NCBI RefSeq assembly: GCF_009834535.1
Contig: NC_045697.1
Location: forward strand, 43,030,001-43,094,000
Reading direction: 5' to 3'
Source: Camelus ferus
Taxonomy: Eukaryota
DNA length: 64,000 nucleotides
Shown: piece by piece, positions 12,685-24,985 of the stretch
Position numbering within the stretch: the first letter of the stretch is position 1
How the letters are laid out: every line of letters starts with the position of its first letter
Notes under the pieces: generated by a model
Database searches by the model: none
Told to the model about the DNA's origin: nothing
The model's input: the letters and a program-made list of their open reading frames with translations, nothing else
Program-made: the position numbers and the translations under genes

Positions 12685-12912
12685 GCCTAGCAAATTTGTA
12701 GATGCTCACAAAATTGGGAGTGCTAGCTAATACATTGGGTAGGTTCAAAATATTTTCCTTAGATTGAAATATTGAATTGGAAGCATCAAGATGATATTGT
12801 GCAGGTGTAAGTAGAAAAAAAAATCTATATACTTAATTTTCAAGAGAGGTATGCTGATTAAATATAAGATGGAGGTAAACTTGGCTTGACAACAGTTTCT
12901 GTAAAAAAGACA
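12685..12912 (+). mobile_element. L3/CR1 LINE reverse-transcriptase relic
   Basis: agcaaatttgtagatgctcacaaaattggga resembles a decayed (S)KFADDTKLG. Downstream aatataagatggaggtaaacttggcttgacaacagtttctgtaaaaaaga matches the recalled L3 sequence. Confidence 0.65.
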
Positions 12913-13012
12913 AGTTTATGCAGTTGCAAAAAATACTTATTCAATATTGAACTGCATTTATGGAAAACTCTAGATAAACTGATATGATAAATATATGTAT
13001 ACCTATTGTAAA

Positions 13013-13175
13013 CTTGCAACAACACAAATGGACCAGGAGGATATGATGTGAAGTGAAATAAATCAGAGAAAGACAAATACTGAATTTTTTCACTTACATG
13101 TGCAATCTAAAAAACAAAACAAAAAAATGAACAAACATAACAAAACTGAAATAGACTCACAGACACAGAAGACAG
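13013..13175 (+). mobile_element. L1 fragment (ORF2 end/3' UTR start)
   Basis: ttgcaacaacacaaatggacc…aagtgaaataaatcagagaaagacaaatactg…tcacttacatgtgcaatctaaaaaac. Confidence 0.85.
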
Positions 13176-13214
13176 TAGAAATGCACTGACATGGACAAAC
13201 AGGATTTTTTTTTA

Positions 13215-13480
13215 GAGTGAGCGTTGACAGGGCTTGTTGATAGATTTGGATTTGGCAGTGAGCAGTTGGTGAGTGGTGGGACATTTGCTGAGCTGAAGAA
13301 GACTGGTGCTAGTTATCGTAGAGGTGGGGGAATAAAGAGTCCTAATCTTAATATGCCAACTTTGTGGTACCAATTAGATATCCAAATGGAGCTATTAAGT
13401 AGGCAGAGAGATACACATATCTGAAGTATGGAAGAAGGATTAGAACTCAATGTATGAGGTTTGCAGTCAGTGGCCTGTTT
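13215..13480 (-). mobile_element. L2 fragment
   Basis: gacagggcttgttgatagatttgga…agatatccaaatggagctattaagtaggcag. Confidence 0.7.
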
Positions 13481-15099
13481 GTAATAGCTACAGCAGTCTC
13501 TAGCATCCCATTGGAACAGGCAAAAAAGAGTCTGCCATGCCTTGTCTCTTCCCAAGAAAGAGGGAAGTTTATCAGACTGATGCTCAAGCTCACCGGCTAG
13601 ATCTGCATCACACGACGCTGCCTGAGTCAGCCTTGACAAGGGTGGGAATCACCGTGGCTGGCTGTCGTAAACAAAACTGGCCTTGGGCTGGGGATGGGGC
13701 CAGCCTTCCCCAAAGTATAAGGCAACGTGGAGGAAGGTTAGAAGTGTGGACAAAGTCAAGGGAAAAGAGGGAAGAGGGGATGGATATTAGGGAGGCAAAG
13801 GACATTCTATCTAAACCCTAACTAGGTTTTCTCATCACTGAAAAGGGCAGTGTATTACCTCATGGACTGTGTGTGAGACAGTGGTGTGTAAGCATTTTGT
13901 AACCCATAAAACTATTTTACTAACTTAAGATGGTTAAATTGGTCCGAATTAGATTATCCTTTTTTTTTTTTTTGAACATTTTGAACATTTCTCTATTTCT
14001 CTGTTTTACTCAAGGTTTGCTAGTGCTGTGATGATAGTTGTTATTATATTGTGGAAATATCTTTTCAAAGCATTAAGAAATGAATTGAAGAGGAAAAATA
14101 CATTTAGTTGCCCTTAGCACATTTTCTTTCTACCAATAGATTAACATATGATTCCCCCTTGTCTTGCATTGCAAATGTTTTCTCCTTCTTTCTTATATCC
14201 ACGAGCTGCTGCACTTGAAACATGGTATCATTTCAAAGCTAGATATTTATGGGAATGAAATGTTCATTAATAAAAGCCTGCAGAACTCATTGAGGCGTTT
14301 ATTTGCCCATGGATAGCAACACATAACAAAGTGCCTTCCCTGAGGTCGACTGCTGGCAGAGTTGAGACAATCATTGCACAGTTATTAAGGGCCTACAAGG
14401 TGGTAGGTGCTGATTAGGACGTGTAATACACATCATCTCTGACCTAGAAATACAGGAGTTACCAGGTCCAGTTATAGATCGAATGCACATTCTATTCTAC
14501 TTGCTTGTGAACAGGTAACCAGGCCCTTTCATCTAAACCATAAATTCGTAAAGCAATGTGGTTTACCCAAAGATAATTTTGTTCTATTTTCCTGGGCCTA
14601 AATTTCCCCCAGTTTGAAAACAGATAAACTTTGAAAAAATAAAACCGTGTAGAATAAAATTATAATTAACCAAAGTGGGGGGTGGGTTTAGGGGTTGGGG
14701 GTTATTTGTCACGGAGGAGGGTGGAGCTCTTGCATTTTTCTTGCCTCATGTCTCTTTACTGGTATGAGTCCTTCATAGAAAACTTCTTGGACCCTGTTGA
14801 TGGCAAAGCAGGAATCACTGATTTTAGGCTACTGACACATTGACTTCTCTTGTCAAAGGCTGTAGGCAAGGGGTGCCTGCCTGATAGAAAAAAAGGCATC
14901 CTCTTCTCAATTTTTATATAGATTTTTCCTTTGATCACAAATACTTTAGGGCAAGGCATGTGGCTATATTGTTTTGTTTTTAGCCATTTATTCATTCTAC
15001 AAATATGGGGACTGCACTAGAGTGTTAAGTAAAATAAATATGATTTTTCACTCTGTGCAGCCTGTCCATTAGTAGGGAAGACCGTCATTAGTCTAATAA

Positions 15100-15200
15100 T
15101 CAGGTCTGCATCTAACATTTGTGGGGCCTGGGGCAAGAGGACAAATAGATGCCATATGTCAAATATTTATTTATAAGTGGTGAGCTTTGCCCTTGGCCCA
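15100..15200 (+). mobile_element. hAT-Tip100-type DNA transposon end (Zaphod/MER115-like)
   Basis: tctaacatttgtggggcctggggcaagaggacaaatagatgccatatgtcaaatattt resembles a recalled terminus. The family and extent are uncertain. Confidence 0.45.
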
Positions 15201-15779
15201 ATTCAAGTTCCCTTTCAGAGCCTGGACGCTCACACCCTGGGGATTACCTTTGTGATCTGGAGGGTAAGGATCCTTGCTCTCTCCCAGGTCCGTCCTGCCA
15301 CCTGTGACCCTAAGCAGCAGCAAGGAGCTTCTGGCATTAGGTAGGAAAGAAGGCGGCTGGGTTTTGGAGTCCAGGGTGGTGACTGAACTCACCTGGCACC
15401 GGCACAGGGAAGGATGTTGTCCAGGTGTCCAGGGAACTGGGCTGAGTCCTATTCCTTGTGCCTCACTTTCTCATCCCCTTTCAGATAGTTCTAAGCACCC
15501 CTCCACCAGCGAAGCAAGGGATGGCATGCAGTCATCCAGGATACCTGTCTGCTCTGGGAGTTCAGGGGCAGAGGCTGAGGTTTTCTTCTCCCCCAATATA
15601 AACTCACTTGCTCTCAGCCCAGTGTTTTTTGGTCTGCATGGTTCAGTCTGCTCAGCACATCCGTCTTCCGTGATTCACTCAAAAATAGACTGAACTCTCA
15701 ACCACTTTTCTTTGGAGATTGAAAAAGAAAAAAAAGTATGTGCATTTTGATATTTGTGGTATGTGTGGTTCTCTAAAGC

Positions 15780-15995
15780 AAGGGGCTGAGGACAGAATTC
15801 CTCTGCCTGGGTTCAAGTGGGCTCACCAGTCATCTTACAAACACGTGTGTGGTTACAAGCCATGAGAAGGGCCATGAAGGAAGGGACAGGGGACTGGGAG
15901 GGAGTCCACCCAGGAACCCACTTAGAGGAGTGGTGTGTCAGGAAAGGCCTCCTGGAGGAAGTTATATTTAAGCTGAGATTGGAATGCAGACAACA
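15780..15995 (-). mobile_element. L2 fragment
   Basis: gtcaggaaaggcctcctggaggaagttatatttaagctgaga. Confidence 0.7.
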
Positions 15996-16824
15996 TTGAC
16001 GCTGAATCTGAGCACTGTTCTCAACTCAGTTATGAATTTCATAGAAAGTTAGAGAGATTGCACCTTGAGTTTTTACAAAATGTAATCTTCATGTTTAGTT
16101 TCTTTTTGTAAAAGTAACAACTAACTGTTCATCACAAAAAGAATCAAGTAATGTAGGCTTGTAAAGTAAAAAAAATGGCTATTTTCTGTAAGTTCACCTC
16201 TCAGTAAATTTGAAATCAATAGTGTGATGTAATTTTTTCCAAAATTTCTCCTCATACATACACCAGTTTTTCTATGTGTGTATAAAAATAATCACTTACT
16301 ATTTTATAAGCACGGCTTTAGGGTGAGGGTACTTTTCCATCTCCATGGTAACTACCAGTTGACTAATCACCCACTTTCCAACTCAGCAGAGGACTGAATA
16401 TGTCCAATGTGTATTCCTTGCTATGAGGTAGAAAACGTGAGTAATTACTGCATCTAAAGCCAAGGTCCATAAAGTTTGTGTGTTGTCCTGCAGGAACCGG
16501 TCTTCTGCCATGGTGCAAAATCTAATGGGTTGGAAATGATTGCAGCTCAGTTATTGTTTCTTTCCTTGATTTTGTTGATGTTATTGTTGATGTTATTGTT
16601 GTTATTATTTTTCCTTCCCTTATTTCCAAAAGATGCATGAAGTTGCTTTATTGTCTCCCTTCAAATGCCTGGGGACCCAGTCTTTTTATATTTGTAAACA
16701 CACTTCAGGCCAATTCTGTAAACTATGGGCCACACCAAATAATGAACTCTCTCTTGGTCTTGTTAGTAGTTGTTGCCTATGTTGGCCCCGGGAATGAATT
16801 TAGAGAGTCCTAAACCTACCGTCA

Positions 16825-16990
16825 GTTTTTGGCTTAGTCATTTACTCATGGTGTGGACTTGGACAGGCACCCTCATTTCTCAGCGTCCCGCTTGATATCA
16901 GAATTTGCTGTGTCCTCCTCTCAGTGGTACTGAAAGATTAGTGAGATACAGTGTGTGAAAGGGTTTTGTAAACTGTGAAGTTTCTACTAA
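16825..16990 (+). mobile_element. MIR SINE, degenerate
   Basis: gtcatttactcatggtgtggacttggacagg…aagattagtgagatacagtgtgtgaaagggttttgtaaactgtgaag. Confidence 0.6.
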
Positions 16991-18432
16991 TACTTTCTAG
17001 GATAAGCTTCCACGTAACTGAGAGATCACTGCTTCTCTCTGCTCTTTTTAATGACCGTTTCCAGAGTCTCATTCTCTAGGAAGCGTGTCCTGAACCAAAT
17101 AAGCTAAAGATAGAAAAGTGTGCTCATTTTAATTCCGTCAACATCAATAAATATACTTGGGGTTTTTTTAATATAGAAAATCTTTATATGTAATTTTGTA
17201 TATAGCATCCTTTATTTTAGTTTGTGGCCTGAAACTTATAAATAACCACCTTACAAATATCCCCCAAGTTCAAACATTACCTTCTCTATGGAAATTCTGA
17301 TGGTAAGATGAAGGCAACTTGCATTTTTAATCAGTCGGCAGCTGACTTTTTTTATGGTTGATATAGAATTATGGTCTATTATCTATAGTTTGTTGCAAAT
17401 AATGCCTAGGAAAGGTTTTAGGTGATTCATTAGGTGGTAATTTAGGTCCATGCATATTAGTATTGTTAATTAATGGTAATAAAAACAATCCAAACGTTGG
17501 CATAGGGAGAGGTGACATCAAGTTTGATAGACCTTCTTGAGAAGGTTCCAAACACCCCATAGATTTGGGGGTTTTGTTTGAACAGCTTTGACCACTCTCA
17601 CAATCTCTGAAGCTGAAGCCAAGATGAGTTATCACTCATTTAATGTGTGGGCTGTTTCCTCCCCCACCACCCTAATTGTAAATTACACAATCTCAACCTC
17701 TACAGCCAGCATTTAATATATCTGACTTTATTGCTTTCCATTTTATGAAAATTAATTACAGTTCACATTCTGACACTGAAATTAAAGAGTAAGCACTAAA
17801 TCTTGTACACAACAATGGGGAATTAAGAGAACATTCTTTATTATCAGAATAATGGGGTGCTTGTTTTTCTTCTCTTGAGGCACTGGGCAGTGAGATAAAA
17901 TCAGATTTAAACAGACATCATCCCTCCTTAACTTGTGCCACTGCAACAGGGAAGACAGAATAGAATTATGATATTTTTATTAAAAAGCTCTGACTCTTTA
18001 TGTTTTCTCTAGGGGGACATTGTTTTGTGATAGCACTGCGGGCTGTGGAACTCTGTCCCTGAAGGCTCTATCTTAACTAGGAAATAAAGAGATGTAGGGA
18101 GTGAGACAACTGGTCTCTGCGCTAACAGTGGACCAGATTCAGTGGATTCTATGAATGCCTCCAACAGGAAAGAATATCTATAGAGAAAAACATCAGTATA
18201 AATGGCAAAGAGTTTGGGATGTGTATGTGGTATAAATGTGCTACTTGTGATAGTCTGCCTCTGGCCACAGGTTTTCCAAAGGCAACAATCATATATAATA
18301 GCCAACTCTAAAGCACTTTACAGTTTGTATTTTCCAATATATCATTTCATTTAGCACTCACATTAATCTAGTGAGAAAGTTATTTTTTTAATAGATCAAG
18401 CAAGCATCTGTGTTTACCTCACAAAATATATC

Positions 18433-18630
18433 TCAGTGGTTCCTAAATCCTTTTCTTTTTGCTGTGGATCCATTAAAAAAAACCATTATGATGAACTCCA
18501 ATATGTAAATTAGTGGTGAAAAGATAGAAGGGGGTCAGACATCTGTTCTCTTGGTCTCTTCCAGTCCTTAGCTACATTCTCTGAGGCATTTCCGTGGTGA
18601 TCCATGGAGCACAGTTTGAAAATCCATAGT
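18433..18630. mobile_element. hAT-Charlie MITE-like element
   Basis: Termini cagtggttcctaaa … gagcacagtttgaaaatccatag. Confidence 0.45.
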
Positions 18631-19519
18631 ATATAATTTAAAGGATTCAGTAAATGTTGTTGCAAACAGTAGCAATCTCAGGGGCAAAAATCATAAAAGA
18701 CCAGCTTCACAGCTGGCTTGAGGTTGTCATTAGGCTCGGGTAAACAAGGGACCAGCAGACTAGCTAGAAATTCAGCAGGGAGATCTGGGGAAATGAGGTA
18801 GCCGTGATGGGCTTTGATAAGCTCTCACATATCCCTGGTGGTTTGGAAGGATGCATGCTTGTCAAAGTGCGTGCACATTCTCAAAAAGACTGGAGAGGGC
18901 CTAGTGATCTACTGGTCTCTGGTCCAGCTGAGGTCTAGAGCATGCTCAGAGGAGACATGAGAAGACTCAGCCAAAGGCAAAAGCAACATCAACTGATTGA
19001 GCTTTGAATGCATTCCCTAACTCATACACAGCTCCATTGCAAAGAGTGAAAACCTTACTGGCTCAAGGTGTTTAAGCACAACTTTTGACCAATCATTGAT
19101 TGATGACTAAGCTATGCTAATTGACAGACAACCTTTTGGAAAACAGGCTTAAATATGAAAACAATAATTAAACAGCAGCAGCAATAACAACAAGAAACTC
19201 AGCAGAGACATGAGCAGAATGCAGGGAAGACAGACTCTACAGTACTAGTTAAGTTACTAATGAAACCATAACTCCCTGGGGGGAATCAGAATCTAGAATT
19301 GCTACAACATCTGAAATGCCTAATTTTACACACACCCAAATTATGAGATGGGCCCAGAAACAGGGAAGTGTGGCATACACAGAAGGGGGAAAGCGGTCAA
19401 TAGAAACCATCTCTGAGAGTGTCTAGGTATTGGACTTAGTAAACAAACGCTCTAATTTGTTATTGTAAATGTGCTCAAAGGAGTAAATTATGTTTAAAGA
19501 CTTAAGAAAGGAAAAGAAA

Positions 19520-19941
19520 CACTGACGATCCACCTCTTTAGCAAATTTCAAGTATACAATATAGTATTATTAACTATAGTAACCACACTATACATTAGAT
19601 CCCCAGAGCTTTTTCATCTCATAACTGAAAGTTTGTACCCTTTGACTAACATCTCCCCATTTCCCTGACCCTTTAGCCCCTAGTAAAAAAAAAAAAAAAA
19701 GGTTACTCTGTGAAATGGTGGTTATGTTAATTAGCTTGATTGTGTTAATCATTTCACAGTGTATGCATATATTAAGCCATCATGTGTACCTTAAATAAAT
19801 AAAATTTCCATTTGGTTCCTTTAGAAATAATTTCTATCTCTTTATTGATAGTCTTTATTTGATGAATCACTTTTGTCATGCTTTCCTGTAATTCTTCTTT
19901 TCCCAGCTTTATTGAGGTATAATTGACAAATAAGTATTGTA
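19520..19941. mobile_element. L1MA-type (L1MA9-like) 3' end inserted in the older L1, in inverted pieces
   Basis: Antisense piece 19520-19685, sense piece 19686-19807, and the terminal ...GTCAATTATACCTCAATAAAGCTGGGAAAA on the minus strand at ~19898-19941. Confidence 0.85.
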
Positions 19942-21352
19942 CAAAGTATATTCTCTGATCCAATAGAATTAAATTAGAAATCAACAATAGAAATAAATTT
20001 TGGAAGTCTACAAATCTATGGAAATTAAAAAAGGAACACATCTAAATAACTCATGGGTCAAAGAAGAAATCACAAGAGAAATTAGAAAATAACTTGAGTT
20101 GAATGAAAATGGAAACAACATATTAAAATTTAAGGGATGTCTCTAAAACAGCATTCAGAGGAAAATTTATCATTCTAAACACCTATATTAGTAAAGACAA
20201 AAGATCAGAAATAAATAACTGAAGGAACTAGAAAAAGAGCCAACTAAACCCAAAGCAATTTGAAAGAAGGAAATAGAACATATACAAGAAAATGGAAAAC
20301 AGAAAAACAATAGAAGAAATCAATGAAACCAAAAGTTGGTTCTTTGAAAAAATTTTTTAAAAATTGCCAAACCTTTATCTAGACCCAGCAAGCAAAGAAG
20401 AGAGAAGGTTCAAGGAAGTCAAAAATAAAAGAGGGGAAATCACTAGTGCCCTTGCAGAAATGAAAGGATTAAAAAAGAATCCTATGAGCAACTTTATACC
20501 AATATGTTAGAAAACTTAGATGAAATGGTCAAATTCTTAGGCAGACACAAAAGTGACTCATGAGAAAAGAGAAAATTTGAATAGACTTATTAAAAAGTAA
20601 AGAAATTGAATTATACGAAAAATATTCCCACAAGGAAAAAGTCAGGTCCAGGTGGCTTTGCAGATGAATTTTATCAAAGATGTAGAGAATAAAGTAGTGC
20701 CAATCCTTCACAAACTCTTCTAGAAAATTGAGGGGGAGGGAACACTTTCTAACTCATTCTATAAGCCAGAATTACTCTAATATTAAAGCCAGACAGAGAC
20801 ATTACAAGGAAACTATGGACTAACATCTATCATAATATAGATACAAAAATCTTAAAGAAAAAATTAGCAAACTGAATACAGCAGCATATATAAAGGATCA
20901 TATACAAGGATGAAGAATGCAAGATAGGTTTTACATCCAAAAGTCAATTTCAGTGTAATTCATTGTATTAATAGAATAAAGGATGAAAGTTACACAGTCA
21001 TCTCAATAGGTGCAGGAAATCTGACAAAATTGAACACCCACGCATGACAAAAATTCTCAACAAACCAGGAACATAAGAGAGCTTCCTCAGCCTGATAAAG
21101 GTCATCTGTGAAACGTCTATAGCTAACATTAAACTAAATGATGAAAGACTGAGTGCCTTCCCTAAGTTCAGGAAAAAGCCAAGCATGTTTCCTGTCATGA
21201 CGTCTATTCACAATTATACTGGATGTTCTATCCAGTAAAGTCTGACAGGAAAAACAAATAAAAGACATCTGGAATGGAAAGAAAGAAGTGAAATCTCATT
21301 ATTCAGAGCATGATCCTATGTATTTAAAAATCCTATGAATACACAAAGAAAC

Positions 21353-21954
21353 TATAAAGCAATCAGATGGAAGTGGTCAATTAGGGCAATGAGACAAACT
21401 GAGGGTAGCAATCAAACCTTTATTTACTTACTGTGACCCAACAAGAGAGAGGCAGCGTTCCATTTTTCTTAACAGAATGGCACTGGATGGGGGTCAGGTG
21501 GAAGCAGTGCAGATGGGGAAATCATCTCGAAAGGCTGCTGTTTCTTTATGGACCCATGGTCTATGGGGAGAAGGAAGTAGGAGAGGGGAAAGGGCTAGGA
21601 GTAGAAGACCACTATGTCAACATGGGGCGAAGTGCCTCAGTTAAGGCCCCTGATAAGTAGGTCTCTGCAAAGGTATGAGGGAAGTTCTTCATTCCAGGCC
21701 TCCAGTAAGGATTCTTCTGAATGGAGGTACCTTGGCTGAGAATACAGATAATCATGTGAGCATGGCTAGCCTGGACTGGGGGAACTGAGTCCCTGATTGC
21801 AGGATTGAGAATACTGCAGTGCACTGGCTATGCACCAGGTCTGCTCTGGGAAGGGAAGTTCACCTCCATGAGGCCTGTCACACAGTTTTGTGATTGCTTA
21901 TGGTCAAGTCTGAAGAATCACACATAGGATTTTGGCCTGGAGTCAGACTCCTCA
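21353..21954 (-). mobile_element. ERVL-class solo LTR (family not identified)
   Basis: A 602-bp insert splits L1 ORF2. Perfect 5-bp TSD GAAAC at 21348-21352 and 21955-21959; ends TA(TG-derived)…CA; minus-strand AATAAA at 21419-21424. Confidence 0.85.
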
Positions 21955-23814
21955 GAAACTACTAAAACAAATAAACGAATTCAGTGAGGTTGTTGGATAT
22001 AAGATCAATATACAAAACTCAATTGTGTTTCTATGTAGTAGCAATGAACCCCCCAAAAATAAAATTAAGGAAACAACTACATAAAAAATTGCATCAAGAA
22101 GAGGAAAATATTTAGGAATATATTTATCAAAAAATGTGAAATATATGTACACTGAGAAAAATTTTAAATATCTGAATAAATGATGAGATATTCAATGTTT
22201 ATGGAGTTGAAGACTCAATATTGTTAAGATGACAATTTCTTCCACATTGATCTATAAATTCAGTGAAATACCTACTAAAATCCCAGCAGGCTTTTTTTTT
22301 CAGAAATTAACAAATTTATCCTAAAATTTCTATAGAAGTGCAAAGACACAGAATAGCCAAAGTAATTCTGACAAAGGCTGAAGTTGAAAGACTTAAGCTT
22401 CCCAGTTTAAAAACTTACTATGAGCTTTAGCTCATTAATCAAAATAATGTGGTACTGGTATAAGGATAGACCTGTCAATGAAACAGATTTGTGAGTCCAG
22501 AAATAAACCCTTACATTTAGGGTCAACTGATTTTTGAAAGGTACCTAGCCAGTATAATGAGACAAAGGATTTATTTTCAACAAATGATTGTGATGCAATT
22601 GGATATCTACTTGAAAAAGATGAATTTAGAATTACACCCCACACCATACAAAAAGAATCAGCTCAAACTGGATCATAGACCTAAATGTAAAAATAAAATG
22701 AAACTTTCCATGAAAACATAGGAGAATATCTTTAGGATCTTGGGTTAGGCAAAGAGTGTTCAGATAAAACACCAAAGCATAATTCATCCAAGAAAAATGT
22801 TGATACATGACTTTATCACAATTAAAACCTTTTAAGCTTCAAAAGGAAACTATTAAGAAAATTAAAAGACAAGGCACAAACTAGGAGAAAAATGTTTTCA
22901 AATCATATATTTGACACAAGTCCCTTATATCTAGAACATATAAATTACTCTTAAACTCAATAATCAGATGACAATAGAATAAAAATGAGCTAAATACTTG
23001 TATAGATTTTTCACTAAAGAAGATATAGAAGTGGCCAATAAGCACATGAAAGTATGTTCAGCATCAATAGTTATAGAAATGCAAATTAAAACTAGTATGA
23101 GGTACCACTTCACATCTACTAGAATGGCCACAATCAAAAAGATACAATACCAAGTGTTAGTGAGGATGTATAGAAATGGAATCCTTACACACTACTGGTA
23201 GGAATACATGATGGTACAGCCACTTTGGAAAACAGTTGGGCAGTTTCTTGAAAAGTTAAAGATAAATTTATCATACAATCTATAATTCTATTCTTAGGTA
23301 TCTACCCAAGAGAAATGAAAACACAAATCCACACAGAGACTTTTACATAAATATTCAGAGCAGCATCAATTATAAGTCGATCTATAAACAAACCAAATGC
23401 CCAATAACTGGAGAATACATGAGCAAAAGTGGTACATACGATAGGTATTTTATTTAATAATAAAAAGGAAACAACTATTGATACATGTTATAACATGTAA
23501 CATAAGATAAACTTCAAAAGATACAACATAAGATAGATAAGCTTCAAAAATATGATGCTGAATGAAAGAAGTCAGACACACAAGACCACCTATTGTGTGA
23601 TTCTATTTGTATGAAAAGCCCAGAAAAGCAGAAAAGAACAGAAAGCAGATTATTGATTTCCTGGGTCTGGAAGTGGGAATGGGGATTGACTGCAGACTGG
23701 CACAAAGGATATTTTTGAGATCATCAAAATGTTTTAAAGCTGGATTTTGGTGATGGTTGTACAATTGTATAAATTTACTAAAAATCATTGAATTATATAC
23801 TGAAAATAGAAAAG

Positions 23815-24040
23815 GTATTGATTAGGTGAGGATATGGAAGGGGAAGAATGGAGAGCCACTGGGAACGGCATGTGCAAAGGCTCTGAGGCAAGAAAGTACT
23901 TTGGTGAGTTTGAGGCAGTAAAAGAAATTCAATATTGGTGATGGTTAAAGTACCAATTAAAAAAATAAAGTAGGCCAGATCATGGGCCTTGTAAGCCCAC
24001 TAGGAAGAGAGGATTTAATCCTAATAACTGCAAGGACCTT
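23815..24040 (-). mobile_element. L2 fragment
   Basis: gggaacggcatgtgcaaaggctctgaggcaagaaag…gccagatcatgggccttgtaagcc. Confidence 0.8.
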
Positions 24041-24493
24041 TCAATGGATATGTATAGTTAGATTTTTCAGTACAACTTAGAGAAATAACATGCTTGTGAT
24101 AACTTTTAAGTAAACATGTTAAAAACAATTAAATATAAAAATTCAAACTCCAGTTTTATTGTGACTTTACAATTTTGGAAAGGAAGAGTCAGTTATTTTC
24201 ATTGTACATGAATGAAGGAGTTCAAAAAAAAGTAGAACTAAAACTCTAAGTTTCAGTTAACATTTTATTGTTATTGAAGAGAAATATAATCTCTGTTGGT
24301 TTAGCTATTGACTATAGATCCAAAGTATAATTTTCACAAGAAGTAAAGTTAAACTCTTTACTATACTAAAAAAACCAAATTCCAAAATTTCAAAAAGGAA
24401 TAAAATATTTTAAAGAATGACCCGGTTGAAAAGATCTATTTGTTCAACATTGAGGATAATGGCTGATAACTCTGTCAAAAGAAAAAAAACACC

Positions 24494-24526
24494 ATATACA
24501 TCTTTATATATACATATATGTGTGTG

Positions 24527-24568
<42 letters not shown>

Positions 24569-24584
24569 TATATACACACACATA
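24494..24584. repeat. Compound (TA)/(TG)/(CA)n microsatellite
   Basis: Directly visible. Confidence 0.95.
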
Positions 24585-24869
24585 TGAATACTTAGCATGT
24601 CACTAACAAAGAAACCAAATCAGAACATGTTTGTCCCATGAACACCTGGTTGAATGTGGATATTGTATATGTTTTAACTTTTTGATTTTTGAAGGCTTAA
24701 AATTCTAAATAGCATCAATAGATCTTTAAAATTTTTGCTTTCAACATCTAGTCTTACTTTCACTGTGAATTTTTGTTTTTACAGCTATACCTAAGATATA
24801 AGATTTAATATGACATGTAAGATTATGTCCTTATTATCTATAACTCTTTAAAAGCTTATTACAAGTATA

Positions 24870-24985
24870 GTAACAACAATGATATACTGTGAGGTTTGTT
24901 CCATTGGTAGAAATAAAATGTATGAAAGCAATGTCCTAAAGGCAAGGAGGAGGGAAGTGAAAATATACTGTTAGAAGGTTCTTAG
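24870..24985 (+). mobile_element. Old L1M inter-ORF fragment
   Basis: aacaacaatgatatactgtgaggtttg…gtagaaataaaatgtatga…gaagtgaaaatatactgttagaaggttctta. Confidence 0.5.

Larger units (their letters stand above)
18640..23812 (+). mobile_element. Old L1 (L1ME1-like 3' end): 5' region, ORF1 remnant, decayed ORF2 and 3' UTR, with nested insertions
   Basis: ORF2 landmarks: ttctctgatccaatagaattaaattagaaatcaac (FSDHNGIKLEIN-like, 19950), aaaagttggttctttgaaaa (KSWFFEK, 20330), RT motif decayed at ~21180-21320, and ORF 22998-23201 (EDIEVANKHMK…MQIKTSMRYHFT) as the ORF2 C-terminus. 3' UTR tggtgatggttgtacaattgtataaatttactaaaaatcattgaatt. Many stops and frameshifts. Confidence 0.92.

Noticed and set aside
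14107..14320. Two RFX X-box-like sequences
   Set aside because: Both deviate from the consensus in spacing or half-site.
23495..23555. Imperfect tandem duplication inside L1
   Set aside because: Ordinary slippage duplication in a dead element.
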